Positions 14,187-25,215 of a DNA stretch of 64,000 bases are shown piece after piece. Source of the stretch: an uncultured Alphaproteobacteria bacterium. GTDB taxonomy: Bacteria; Pseudomonadota; Alphaproteobacteria; Rhizobiales; Beijerinckiaceae. The notes below the pieces were generated by a model, which was not told the origin of the DNA, did not search any database, and saw nothing but the letters and a program-made list of their open reading frames with translations. The stretch lies in contig CAWINL010000003.1 of the NCBI GenBank assembly GCA_963837375.1, positions 12,808 to 76,807 on the forward strand, in the 5' to 3' direction. Position 1 is the first letter of the stretch. Every line of letters starts with the position of its first letter. The position numbers were made by a program, and so were the translations under genes.

Positions 14187-14938
14187 ATGAAGCTTCTGGT
14201 GTGTGTGAAGCGCGTTGTGGATTACAACGTGAAGATCCGCGTGAAGGGCGACGGCTCCGGGGTCGAGCTGGCGAACGTGAAGATGTCGATGAACCCGTTC
14301 GACGAGATCGCCGTCGAGGAAGCGATCCGGCTGAAGGAGCAGGGCAAGGCGACGCGAGATCGTCGCGGTGTCGATCGGTCCGCAGCAGGCGGGCGAGACG
14401 ATCCGCACGGCCCTCGCCATGGGCGCCGATCGCGGCATCCTGGTCAAGACCGACGCGACGGTGGAGCCGCTGGCGGTGGCCAAGCTTCTGCAGAAGGTGG
14501 TCGAGCAGGAGAAGCCCGATCTGGTGATTCTGGGCAAGCAGGCGATCGACGACGATGCCAACCAGACCGGGCAGATGCTGGCGGCCCTGCTCGGCTGGCC
14601 GCAGGGCACCTTCGCGTTCCGGCTGGCGCCGGCCGAGGGCTCGATCGACGTGACCCGCGAGGTCGATGGCGGGTTGCAGACCGTCGACACTGAAGCTTCC
14701 GGCGATCGTCACCACGGACCTGCGCCTGAACGAGCCGCGCTATGCGAGCCTGCCCAACATCATGAAGGCGAAGAAGAAGCCCCTCGACGAGACCAGCCCG
14801 GAGGCGCTCGGCGTCGACATCGCGCCGCGTCTGAAGGTGCTCAAGACGGCGGAGCCCGGCGGCCGCAAGGCGGGCGTCAAGGTCGCCTCGGTGGCCGAAC
14901 TGGTATCCAAGCTGAAGACCGAAGCCGGCGTGCTCTGA
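14187..14938 (+). CDS. etfB: Electron transfer flavoprotein beta subunit (frameshifted)
   Basis: [44 protein letters not shown]. Confidence 0.95.
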
Positions 14939-14954
14939 GAAGGATCGATTGACC

Positions 14955-15897
14955 ATGACCACATTGCTGATCGCCGAGCACGACAACGCTCATCTGAAGG
15001 ACGCCACCCACAAGGCGCTCTCGGCCGCCAAGGCCCTCGGCGCACCGGTGCATGTGCTGGTGGCGGGCGCGAATGCCAAGAGCCGCCGCGGATGCCGCGG
15101 CGAAGCTCGACGGCGTCGAGAAGGTGCTGCTGGCCGACGCGGCGCCCTACGAGCACCAGCTCGCCGAGCCGCTGGCGGCGCTGATCGTCTCGCTCGCCGG
15201 TCCCTATGACGCCATCGTGGCGCCGGCCACCACCACCGGCAAGAACGTGCTGCCGCGGGTCGCGGCTCTGCTCGACGTGATGCAGGTCTCGGACATCACC
15301 AAGGTGATGTCGCCCGACACCTTCGAGCGCCCGATCTATGCCGGCAACGCCATCCAGACCGTGCAGGCGACCGACGCCAAGAAGGTCATCACGGTGCGCA
15401 TCTCCGCCTTCCCGGCGGCGGCCGAGGGCGGCTCGGCCCCGATCGAGACCGTGACGGCGGCGGCGGACCCCGGGCTCTCGACCTTCAAGGGCGAGGAGAT
15501 CGCCCAGAACGACCGGCCCGAACTGACCTCGGCCAGGATCATCATCTCGGGCGGACGCTCGCTCGGCTCGGCCGAGAACTTCGCCAAATACATCGAGCCG
15601 ATCGCCGACAAGCTCGGCGCCGCCATGGGCGCGTCGCGGGCGGCGGTCGATGCGGGCTATGCGCCCAACGACTGGCAGGTCGGCCAGACCGGCAAGGTGG
15701 TGGCGCCGCAGCTCTATATCGCGGTCGGCATCTCGGGCGCGATCCAGCATCTCGCCGGCATGAAGGATTCCAAGGTCATCGTCGCCATCAACAAGGACGA
15801 GGAGGCGCCGATCTTCCAGGTCGCCGATTACGGACTCGTCGGCGACCTCTTCACGATCCTGCCGGAGCTGCAAGAAGAGTTGACCAAAGCAGGGTAA
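14955..15897 (+). CDS. etfA: Electron transfer flavoprotein alpha subunit (frameshifted)
   Basis: [32 protein letters not shown]. Confidence 0.95.
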
Positions 15898-15978
15898 TCG
15901 GGTCAGGAATGTGTATGCCCTGGGCGGCGTCGCCGCCCGGGCCCTTTTCATGACGAGACGTCCGAGGCGACAGGCAAG

Positions 15979-16861
15979 ATGGGTATCGAGATCAAAACAG
16001 TCGGTGTGATCGGCGCTGGCCAGATGGGCAGCGGAATCGCCCATGTCTGCTCGCTCGCGGGTTTCGAAGTTCGCCTGCACGATCTCTCCGAAGAGCGCAT
16101 CAATGCCGGCCTCGCCACGATCACCGGCAACATGGCGCGCCAGGTCTCCAAGGAAGCGATCACGGACGCCGAGCGCAAGGCCGCGCTGGCGCGGATCGTC
16201 GCCGGCCCCGACCTACGACGATCTGGCGGCGTGCGACATCGTCATCGAGGCGGCGACCGAGAACGAGGAGGTAAAGCGCAAGATCTTCACCGCCTTGTGC
16301 CCGTCCCTGCGCCCGGACACGATGATCGCCACCAACACGTCGTCGATCTCGATCACGCGGCTTGCGGCCTCGACCGATCGGCCCGAGCGCTTCATCGGCA
16401 TCCACTTCATGAACCCGGTGCCGGTGATGCAGCTCGTGGAGTTGATCCGCGGCATCGCCACCGAGGACCCGACCTACGAATCCGCCAAGGAATTCATCGG
16501 CAAGCTCGGCAAGACGACGACGGTGTCGGAGGATTTCCCGGCCTTCATCGTCAACCGCATCCTGCTGCCGATGATCAACGAGGCGATCTATACGCTCTAT
16601 GAAGGCGTCGGCTCGGTCGAGGCCATCGACACCGCCATGCGGCTGGGCGCGAATCACCCCATGGGCCCGCTGCAGCTCGCCGATTTCATCGGCCTCGATA
16701 CCTGCCTGTCGGTCATGCAGGTGCTCCATGAGGGGCTGGCGGATTCGAAGTACCGCCCCTGCCCGCTTCTGGTGAAATACGTCGAGGCCGGCTGGCTTGG
16801 CCGCAAGGCCAAGCGCGGGTTCTACGATTATCGCGGCGAGAAGCCGGTCCCGACGCGCTAA
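15979..16861 (+). CDS. hbd: 3-hydroxybutyryl-CoA dehydrogenase (frameshifted)
   Basis: GAGQMGSGIA, TNTSS, HFMNP, HPMGPL. Confidence 0.9.
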
Positions 16862-16933
16862 GCGCCTCCCGCCCACTGGTGCCCCCTGCCGGGACTGGCA
16901 CTATGCCGCCGCGGAACGCCGGGGCGCTGGCGC

Positions 16934-17977
16934 ATGGTCGCAGGACGGTCGAGCTTGGTCGCGGCACTGGCCGCCGCCATATTTTCACTCCTGGCTGTCG
17001 AGGGCACGGCGCAGAGTCGCCGCCTGGCCCGACCCATTCTGGAACGTGCCCGATATCGGCTCCCTGCCCGACGATGACCACGGGCGCCTCGTGCGTCGCG
17101 GACGCGACCTCGTCACCGCCACCTACGCCCATATCGGCCCGCTCGTGCCCGATCCGGCCAGAAGCGCTATGCCGGGCAACAATCTGGCGTGCCGCAACTG
17201 TCACCTCGATGCGGGCGCCAAGAAATTCGGCAATCCGCTCTGGGGATTGGCGGACCAGTTCCCGCAATACGATTCCGAAACCGGACGGCCGATAACCCTC
17301 GCGCAACGGCTCAATGCCTGCATGACGCGAAGCATGAACGGCAGGCCGCTTGCCGACCAATCCGCCGGAAATGCGCGCGCTGGTGGCCTATATCGATTTC
17401 CTGTCGCTGGGGGTGAAACCGGGTCGAGACCCTGACCGGCTATCGGCGCCGGCGAGATGCCGGAACTGGACCGCGCCGCCGATCCCGTGCGGGGCGCCGT
17501 CCTCTTCGGGCAGAATTGCGCCATGTGCCATGCTCCCGACGGCGCGGCCTGCGTCGCCTGCTCCGACGACGGATTTCGGCTAATGGTGCCGCCGCTCTGG
17601 GGGCCGGACAGCTTCAACACCGGCGCCGGCATGAACCGCCTCGGTACGGTGGCGAATTTCGTCCACGACAACATGCCGAACGGCACCAGCTACGTGATGC
17701 CGCGGCTCTCGCCGGAGGATGCCTGGGACGTGGCGGCTTTCGTGGTCTCCCAGCCGCGCCCGGTCAAAGCCGGATCTCGACAAGGACTATCCGGATCTTC
17801 TCCAGAAGCCCGCCGACACGCCCTATGGCCCTTATGCGGACGGCTTCAGTCCGGCAGCAGCACGTCTACGGCCCGTTCAGTCCGATCCGCGAGGAGATCG
17901 CCCGGCTGAAGCGAGCCGCCGCCGAATGGCAATCGGCCGATCCCGCCCGAACGCGCCCTGAAGCCGAGCCTAGATAG
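16934..17977 (+). CDS. Diheme c-type cytochrome, thiosulfate dehydrogenase TsdA-like (frameshifted)
   Basis: Signal peptide, CRNCH, RLNACMTRSMNG, CAMCH, PPLWGPDSFNTGAGM, NMP. Confidence 0.75.
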
Positions 17978-18492
17978 CCGGCGGAACAGGTCCGCGAAGT
18001 AGATACGGGCCGAGCGTCCAGAGCCCCGCCCACAAGCGCCGCTCCCAAGGCGTTGGCGACGACGAAATGGTGCCAGGGCATGCCCACCGAGCCCGCCACC
18101 AGATCCGTTGAGCTGCCGGAGCACGACCACGAAGCGCGCCGCCAGCACCATGAGGAAGCCTCGCGTCTGGGCGAGGCGATTCCACCGGCCGAGGCGCTCC
18201 GGCGTCAGTTTGACGAGCGGCCCGAAGCGCTCCAGCAGCCTGCCGGCCGCCGAAACGGCCGATGAGAAATCCGGTGCTGTCTCCCAGGAGCCGCCCAGAA
18301 AGGCGGCCAGAAACACATGTCCGAGTGCGAGATCGCCCCGCGCCGCCAGCAGCGAGGCGGCGATCAGCGCGCTTTCGCCGGGGAGCGGCGCGCCGAAGGA
18401 TTCGAAATAGATCACCACGAACAGCGCCAGCGACGCCATAGAGCACGATCGAGTGCTCGATATCGGCGACCGCCTGTTGAAAGAAAGGTCAT
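17970..18492 (-). CDS. DedA family membrane protein (frameshifted)
   Basis: ESFGAPLPGES, GDSTGFLIGR, ARFVVVLRQ. Confidence 0.8.
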
Positions 18493-18695
18493 TGGAACGA
18501 ACGTGGGAAAACTGCCGGAGCGATCGGGCTCGTTCCGGGATCTCACATCCGGGGCCCGGCTGGCGAGGATATTTGCGCGCGTCCCGGCTTTCTTGTGGGT
18601 GCGTCACAGAGTTGCCTCAGCCCCGCTTCACAACAGCGTCACAATTCCTGTAGTCTTACTCTACGGGGTGCTGCTCTTCTGATCGAGGAGATACG

Positions 18696-19266
18696 GTGAC
18701 GATACACGTCCAGCCTGTTGTGCGACCGGAGGCCTGCCCGGCCCTCGTTCTCAATGCCGATTACCGGCCCTTGAGTTACTACCCCTTGTCGATCTGGTGC
18801 TGGCAGGACGCCATCAAGGCGGTGTTTCTCGACCGGGTCAACATCGTCTCGGAATACGACAAGACGGTCCGAAGTCCCTCCTTCGAAATCCGCCTGCCCT
18901 CGGTGATTTCTCTCAAGACCTACGTCAAGCCGTCGCGACACCCGGCCTTCACCCGCTTCAACGTCTTCCTGCGCGATCGGTTTACCTGCCAATATTGCGG
19001 CACCCGCGAGGATCTGACCTTCGACCACGTCATTCCCCGCTCCAAGGGCGGCCAGACCACCTGGGACAACGTCGTCGCCGCCTGCGCCCCCTGCAATCTG
19101 CGAAAGGGCGACCGCCTGCCCAGCCACGTCGAGATGTGGCCGCGCCAGAAGCCCCTTCGCGCCGACCCTGCAGGATCTGCATTCCAACGGCCGGCTGTTT
19201 CCGCCGAACTACCTGCACGACAGCTGGCTCGACTACCTCTACTGGGACAGCGAGCTGGAGCCGTAG
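18696..19266 (+). CDS. HNH endonuclease (conserved alphaproteobacterial type, frameshift near end)
   Basis: LVLNADYRPL, RDRFTCQYCG, TFDHVIPRSKGG, CAPCN, WLDYLYWD. Confidence 0.88.
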
Positions 19267-19765
19267 GCCAGCCCCGGCGCGCCGCGCCGCCACCCAGGCG
19301 ACGGCCGCGAGCGCCAGCGAGATCAGCACGTTCCAGCCGGCGAGCGACAGGCCGAGAAACCGCCATGCCGCCTCCGTGCAGCTCACGACCCGGATGGTGT
19401 TGAGCTGGCTCATGAGATCGCCGACCTTGCCGGGCGCCGGCGCCGACATTGCCGCCGCAATCGCTCGGGCCCAGCCAGAGGCCCCATTCGACACCCGCAT
19501 GATAGGCGCCGAGGGCCGCGCTGGCGACGAAGATCAGCACCAGCAAGATAGAGCCCCGCCCGCGTCCATTCGCGGCGGCAGGACGGCGGCCGCGAGCGCC
19601 AGCGGAATGCCCAGATAATAGGGATAGCGCTGCTGCAGGCACAGCTTGCAGGGCTGATAGCCCCAGCCATGCTGGAACACGAGGGCGCCGCCGATGGTGG
19701 CTGCCGCGACGATGGCGATCGGCAAGGGCCGCCTGCCGGAGAGTGAGCCGAGCCTGCATCGTCAT
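19239..19765 (-). CDS. DsbB family disulfide bond formation protein (frameshifted)
   Basis: PCKLCLQQRYPY, YHAGVEWG, VVSCTEAAW, GLSLAGWN. Confidence 0.8.
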
Positions 19766-20352
19766 GTCCTCAGAACAGGTAGCGGAACGCCACGAAGCCG
19801 CCCACCAGCGCTATCACCGCGATCGCCGCCACGAGGTTGAAATGCCGGTCGATGACGCCCTTGATGGTCGAGACCGTAGCGGGTCATCAGGAGGGCCACG
19901 ATGAAGAACCGCGCTCCGCGGGTCAGGGTCGAGAGCAGGATGAACCAGCCCAGGTGATAGCCGGCAAAGCCCGAGGTGATCGTCACCAGCTTGTAGGGGA
20001 TGGGGGTGAGGCCCTTGAGCAGGATGACCCAATGCCCGTATTCGGCATAGGAATGCCGGAACGCCTCCGCGCCATCGGCGAGGCCGTAGAACTTGAACAC
20101 CCAGACGCCGATGGAATCATAGAGCAGGTAGCCGATCAGATAGCCGAGAATCCCGCCCACCACGGAGGCGACGGTGCAGATCAGCGCGTAGGACCAGGCC
20201 CGGTCCGGCCGGGCCAGCATCATCGGCACCAGCATCACGTCGGGCGGCACGGGAAAGAACGAGCTCTCGGCGAACGAGACCAACGCCAGCGCATAGGGCG
20301 CCGAAGGCCGCGCGGCGAGCGACAGGGTCCAGTCGTAAAGGCGTCTCAGCAT
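19762..20352 (-). CDS. YqaA/DedA family membrane protein
   Basis: SFAESSFFPVPPD and TPIPYK motifs. Confidence 0.85.
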   Translation of the reverse strand: MLRRLYDWTLSLAARPSAPYALALVSFAESSFFPVPPDVMLVPMMLARPDRAWSYALICTVASVVGGILGYLIGYLLYDSIGVWVFKFYGLADGAEAFRHSYAEYGHWVILLKGLTPIPYKLVTITSGFAGYHLGWFILLSTLTRGARFFIVALLMTRYGLDHQGRHRPAFQPRGGDRGDSAGGRLRGVPLPVLRT

Positions 20353-20462
20353 CGTGGTCCGGGGGCTGTGCGGGATGGAGGCCTCGCGACCTCGAAGCTC
20401 CTTTGAGCACAACCGGCCCGCCATGGCGAGAGGCAGCGGCGCCACGCCCAATGCGAGTTCGA

Positions 20463-20491
20463 TTGACCGCCCCGCGCAACCCATGTTACTC
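20463..20491 (+). promoter_or_regulatory. Putative sigma70 promoter of tRNA-Leu
   Basis: TTGACC-N17-TTACTC just upstream of the tRNA. Confidence 0.45.
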
Positions 20492-20503
20492 GGCACCCGC
20501 GTT

Positions 20504-20588
20504 GCCCCTGTGGCGGAATTGGTAGACGCGCTCGACTCAAAATCGAGTTCCGCAAGGAGTGCTGGTTCGATTCCGGCCAGGGGCACCA
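20504..20588 (+). tRNA. tRNA-Leu (anticodon CAA)
   Basis: GCCCCTG/CAGGGGC acceptor stem, CTCGA-ctCAAaa-TCGAG anticodon arm, long variable arm, GTTCGATT, encoded CCA. Confidence 0.96.
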
Positions 20589-20651
20589 TCTTCCCGCTTA
20601 ACCTCGACGATGCTCCGGCGCCGGATGCTGCGAGCAGCGCCACAATCCTCC

Positions 20652-20924
20652 CTATTCGGCTGTCGTCGGATCGATCATCGAGCGGACCTGCGAGATGCGG
20701 TCGGCCGGAAATCCGCCCAGCTTGGCGTGTTCGCGAATGAGGTCCTCGCTCGGAGCGCGGTAGACGCAATACATCTTGTCGTCGGTGACATAGCTGTGGA
20801 CCCATTGGATTTCGGGCCCCAAGGCGCGCAGGGCGTCGCACGACGTGCGGGACGCACCTTTCATTTCCTCGGCAGTCTTGGTGCCGAGCCCGGGCATGTT
20901 TCGTTCGATCACGAATTGCGGCAT
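20652..20924 (-). CDS. DUF4242 family protein
   Basis: IQWVHSYVTDDKMYCVYRAP...HAKLGGFPADRI. Confidence 0.8.
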   Translation of the reverse strand: MPQFVIERNMPGLGTKTAEEMKGASRTSCDALRALGPEIQWVHSYVTDDKMYCVYRAPSEDLIREHAKLGGFPADRISQVRSMIDPTTAE

Positions 20925-21148
20925 GAGCGTTTCGCCGCGGCCCGCGGCGCCTCTCCTGTGCGGCCATAAGCAGCCGGCAAGAAGGTTCTGCCCCCGGTGT
21001 CAGAGGAGCAAGTGCCCAAACGAGGTGCGGCTCTGAATCGCGCCCGCGGATAAAGCCTGCTTCGTACTTGTTGTGGAGGCCCATTCCTGCACCCCGCCTT
21101 CTCCCGTCGACACTAGCTCACCGTCGAGACTTGCAAGCGACGCCGCGG

Positions 21149-22310
21149 ATGTGGGAGAAGTCCGGTGTTGAAGTTAGGGCAGCCGTGTCTTCTCTCCTCT
21201 CCGTGCAGATACTGCGGGCTTTGGCCGCCACCATGGTGGTGCTGCATGCACGTCCAGCTTAATCTCGTCCTCGGTTTCGGCCTGCCGAACGCGCTGCCTA
21301 ACCTGTCGGTCGGGTCGGCGGGCGTGGACATTTTCTTCGGCATTTCCGGCTTCGTCATGGTGATCTCGTCCGACCGGCTGTTCGGGCAGCCGGGCGCGGC
21401 CAAGACCTTCATCATCCGTCGCCTGATCCGGATCGTGCCGCTCTACTGGGCCGTCACCATGCTGTATGTCGTGTCTCTCGGCGGAGGATACACCCTGGCT
21501 CACACGGCGGCCTCGTTCCTCTTCGTGCCCCTTGCAGCGCCCGGCGGCGCCATGCAGCCCCTCCACGTGGTGGGCTGGACTCTCAATTACGAGATGTTTT
21601 TCTACGCGCTCTTCGCCATGGCAATCGCGCTCCCTCGCCGGCTGGCCGTCTACGTGCTGATCGCGGTGATGATCGGGCTTGTTGCGGCCGGGCGCGTCAT
21701 CCCGCCGGACAACGATCTCCTGACGTTCTGGACCCGGCCGATCATGCTGAATTTCGGTCTCGGCCTCGCCCTCGGCCTGGCGTACAGGCAGGGGATCCGC
21801 CTGCCTCGAAGCATCGCCTGCGGCATGATGGCGATGGCGGCCTTCCTGTTCTGGCGTCAGGTGGGCCAACCCTTTCCGTCTTCCTGGGGCCGGGTGATGG
21901 CCTATGGATTTCCAAGCGCGCTCCTCCTTGCGGGCGCGACCCTCGGCCGGTTCGGGCCCATCCCGCGGGGCGCTCGCAGCGTGGCCCTGGTCGGCGATGC
22001 GTCTTACGCGTTGTATCTCCTGCACCCCCTGGCACTATGGGGCTGCCGCATGGTTGCGCTCCGGCTCAAGCTCCCGGTGGAGGCGGCCCCCTGGAGCTAC
22101 GCTACCGTCGTGACAGCGGCGTCCATCGCCCTATCGCTGATGGCCTACCGATTCTTCGATCGGCCGGTGACCGGCTGGCTTCGCCGCCGCTTCGTCTCGC
22201 GGCCGGCACCAGCCACTGCGTCCCTCTCGGGGACCGTTTCCTTACCGCAGGCGGGGTTCGACCCTGCGGCCCTGCGGCCGACCCCGATGGTCCCGCCAAC
22301 CCACCCTTAA
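21149..22310 (+). CDS. Acyltransferase-3 (OafA/ExoZ-like) membrane protein (N-terminal frameshift)
   Basis: QILRALAA, GVDIFFGISGF, RRLIRIVP, WTLNYEMFFY, GDASYALYLLH. Confidence 0.85.
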
Positions 22311-22500
22311 TTGCCCCGGCGCGCAAGTTCTCACCTTCGGCGCGGTGATGTATGGATTCGTGAAGGGGAGCGTCCCTCGGCGCGGTCCGGACCCGGTCGC
22401 GGCGCGCTGGATCGCAAGGCTTCCCGCGTGGTCTTGAAACACCGACGGATGCGTGACCGGAACGGTCCATGCCCGCCACCGCCGTCCTGGGAGAGCCGGT

Positions 22501-23355
22501 ATGCTTGGCCAAAAGCTCGATTACGCGATCCTCCGACCGTTCACCCATTCCCGCTGCCTGAAGACCGAAGAAGAAATGGACGAGGCGGCATCGCGGGATG
22601 CCGATATCGATATCAGCCGGGCGATGGCGCGCCTCGACAAGCTGATGACTCGGCTGGACGGCGGATTGCCGATCAGCCCGGAGCTGCGCTACCTCGATGT
22701 GGGCTGCGGGCCGGGCGACATGACGCTGGCGCTCGCCCAGGCCGGATGCGGACACGTCACCGGCATCGACATGGTGGCCCGGTATGTCAAGCGCGGGCGG
22801 TTGGGGGCCCAGCAGCTTGGCCTCGCCGAGAGGGTCGATTTCGTCTGCGAGGACATTCACGACTGGCGACCCGATCAGCGGTACGACGTGATCCTGTCGC
22901 ATGAGGCACTGGAGCATATCAGCGATCCCCGCTCCCTCTTCCAGCAGCTCGACGATCTGCTGGCGCCCGGCGGTATCGTGGTGCTGGCCTTCGGCCCGCT
23001 TTTCCACTCTCCGGTGGGTGACCACATGGATGAGTTTTTCCGGATGCCGATTCCCTGGCGCGGCGCGCTGTTCTCCGAGGAGGCGATCCTTCGCCTGCGC
23101 CGCGAGCGTTATCGGCCGACCGACGCGGCAACCCGCTATCAGGACATTACGGGGGGACTTAACCTCATGCGGTATTCCGATTTTCTGCGGGATGTCGCCG
23201 ATACGGGTTGGGAATTTCAGTTTCTCTCCGTCAATCCCGAACTCAAGCGCATCCGGCCGCTGTTCAATCTCTCCAGGGCCCTGGTGCTTGTGCCCGTTAT
23301 CCGCGACTACTTCGCCACTTCGGTCTACGCAATTCTGAGGCGGCGGGCGTCCTGA
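22501..23355 (+). CDS. Class I SAM-dependent methyltransferase
   Basis: LDVGCGPG, YDVILS, EHI, LAPGG. Confidence 0.85.
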   Translation: MLGQKLDYAILRPFTHSRCLKTEEEMDEAASRDADIDISRAMARLDKLMTRLDGGLPISPELRYLDVGCGPGDMTLALAQAGCGHVTGIDMVARYVKRGRLGAQQLGLAERVDFVCEDIHDWRPDQRYDVILSHEALEHISDPRSLFQQLDDLLAPGGIVVLAFGPLFHSPVGDHMDEFFRMPIPWRGALFSEEAILRLRRERYRPTDAATRYQDITGGLNLMRYSDFLRDVADTGWEFQFLSVNPELKRIRPLFNLSRALVLVPVIRDYFATSVYAILRRRAS

Positions 23356-23377
23356 CGGGGCGACGCCTGAGGACGCG

Positions 23378-24154
23378 TCATTCCGTGAGGATCCGCGCCG
23401 CCCGGAGCTTTTCGACGACGCTTTCCGCCATGTGGACACAGCGCGCGCCATCGAAGGGAAACGCCTCGGTGAAAGCGCCGGACAATTCGTTTTCGATGGC
23501 CGAGCGCATCAGCTTTCGTGCCCGGTGAAGCCGCGTCTTGACCGTCTCGATGCGGATCGCAAGGTACGACGCCGTTTCCTCGGTGCTCATGCCGTCCACA
23601 TCCCGCATGACGAACACGACGCGAAAGGAATCGGGGAGCGTATCGATCGCCCGTTCGATGATGCCTCGGACCTGAACGCGCGCGAGTTCTCGCTCGGGGT
23701 TCGGCGGCGGCTGCGGAGAGGGGAACATGATCAGGCGCCCCCCCGTGCTGCTGTCCTGTATATCCACGGCTTCGAGCGGCGCGGTAGGCCGCCGACGGCG
23801 GACACGCGCCAGGGCCGCGTTGAAGGCAATGCGGGTAAGCCAGGTCGAGAGCTGCGCGTCGCCCCGAAACGCATGGAGATGGGTGAATGCCTGGACATAG
23901 GTCTCCTGTACGACGTCCTCCGCCTCTGCATCGTCGCGAATGACGGCACGCGCGACCCTGAACAGGCGCTGATTATGGCGCTGGACGAGAACCCGCACGG
24001 CGCCCTCGTCACCCTGCCGGGCCCGTTCGACCAATGGTTCGTCGGCCATGTTCGCAAGGGTCTCTCCTCCGGGCAGGGTTTTTCCTTCGGGCGCGGCGGC
24101 TTGGCTGCGGTTCATCACGGATTCGCCTCCTCGATAGCGTCCGGCACGCTTCAT
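23378..24154 (-). CDS. ECF RNA polymerase sigma factor with C-terminal extension (ECF29-like)
   Basis: AEDVVQE, STWLTRI, TVKTRLHRAR; tail FPFDGARC. Confidence 0.88.
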   Translation of the reverse strand: MKRAGRYRGGESVMNRSQAAAPEGKTLPGGETLANMADEPLVERARQGDEGAVRVLVQRHNQRLFRVARAVIRDDAEAEDVVQETYVQAFTHLHAFRGDAQLSTWLTRIAFNAALARVRRRRPTAPLEAVDIQDSSTGGRLIMFPSPQPPPNPERELARVQVRGIIERAIDTLPDSFRVVFVMRDVDGMSTEETASYLAIRIETVKTRLHRARKLMRSAIENELSGAFTEAFPFDGARCVHMAESVVEKLRAARILTE

Positions 24155-24666
24155 GTGCGCCGGACTGTGCCGCTTCTCATGATGTCCTCGATGGCGGGAA
24201 ACGCCCGAAGGGCATCGTCCGGCACATCCTGCGCCTGATCCCCGGCCATTATCCAGCCCGGCGGCTGCGGCGAACCGACGACGATGCGTCCGACCATTCC
24301 CGCATGCTCATGTGGCACACAGTAATAATCGTAAATTCCAGGATGTCGGAAGGTGACGGAGAACGTCTCATCCGGCAGGAGATAGTCGGAATTCCAGGGT
24401 TTCACGCCATCGGGCATCCGGCGCGGGCGGTCGAAATTCGCCGGGTGATAGGCCGTCGCCGTGTGGGAGTTTCCGGGATCGCGGTTGATCCAGCGGATCG
24501 TCTGACCCGGGCGGATGAGGATGCCGACCGGGTCGAACCATACCTGCGATCCATCTGCGCGGCCTTGCATCCCGATTTCCACCGTGTCGCCGGCTTTCGC
24601 AAGAAACGGGGCGGCGGCGACAAGCCCGCCGCCTCCCCACAGGATCTGGCGTCGGGTGAATTTCAT
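24151..24666 (-). CDS. Tat-exported type-1 copper protein (cupredoxin)
   Basis: TRRQIL signal; His plus YYCVPHEHAGM ligand loop. Confidence 0.85.
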   Translation of the reverse strand: MKFTRRQILWGGGGLVAAAPFLAKAGDTVEIGMQGRADGSQVWFDPVGILIRPGQTIRWINRDPGNSHTATAYHPANFDRPRRMPDGVKPWNSDYLLPDETFSVTFRHPGIYDYYCVPHEHAGMVGRIVVGSPQPPGWIMAGDQAQDVPDDALRAFPAIEDIMRSGTVRRT

Positions 24667-25085
24667 TTGGCGACCCGCGCTTCGTCGGCCTTCGAGACAT
24701 GCCAGAGCACCAGATGAGCGTGGGGCTTCTCGACGCCGGGATGTCCCGCGTTGAAATAGATGTCCACGTGGTCGACATTGCCGCCCGGAGCCGACAGATC
24801 GTCGAAACGCTTGTTCGGATTGAGGTCCTCGACCGGCACCATGTAGATGGTGCTCACAAGCCTGCCATCATGATCGTAGGCGAGAAACGGGCCTGCCGGC
24901 AGCGTGGCCGGATCGACGAAGAGCTGGCCCATGCCGGGCAGAAAGTCGGGCAGCTTTACGAGTTTACTCACCTGCTGATAGGCGCCTTTCGGGGGCGATT
25001 TCGCAACGGTGGCGGGGACTTCGTGCGCGAGAGCCGGAAAAGATCCGACCAGAAGCGTCATGAAGGCGAGGGAAATCGGTCGCAT
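24663..25085 (-). CDS. Secreted His-rich protein (DUF5602/TTHB210-like)
   Basis: Signal peptide; PGMG, DHVDIYFNAGHPGVEKPHAHLVLWH. Confidence 0.65.
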   Translation of the reverse strand: MRPISLAFMTLLVGSFPALAHEVPATVAKSPPKGAYQQVSKLVKLPDFLPGMGQLFVDPATLPAGPFLAYDHDGRLVSTIYMVPVEDLNPNKRFDDLSAPGGNVDHVDIYFNAGHPGVEKPHAHLVLWHVSKADEARVAK

Positions 25086-25132
25086 GGGAGGCTCTCCGTG
25101 CTGCACCCGCCCCGTGGCGGGTCGTCAACACA

Positions 25133-25161
25133 TTGGAGAATGCGAGCGCCCAAAGGTTCCC
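25133..25161 (-). promoter_or_regulatory. Putative ECF autoregulated promoter
   Basis: Minus-strand GGGAAC-N17-CTCCAA about 50 bp upstream of the operon that contains the ECF gene. Confidence 0.5.
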
Positions 25162-25215
25162 GGAATTCCACCGGCGCGCCAACCGGAGCCTGCAGCGCCA
25201 TTTCGGCGCCTTTGG

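Noticed and set aside
18696-19266. HNH nuclease as a defence or RNA-guided effector
   Set aside because: Looks like the conserved housekeeping-context alphaproteobacterial HNH; no adjacent array, ncRNA or partner genes.
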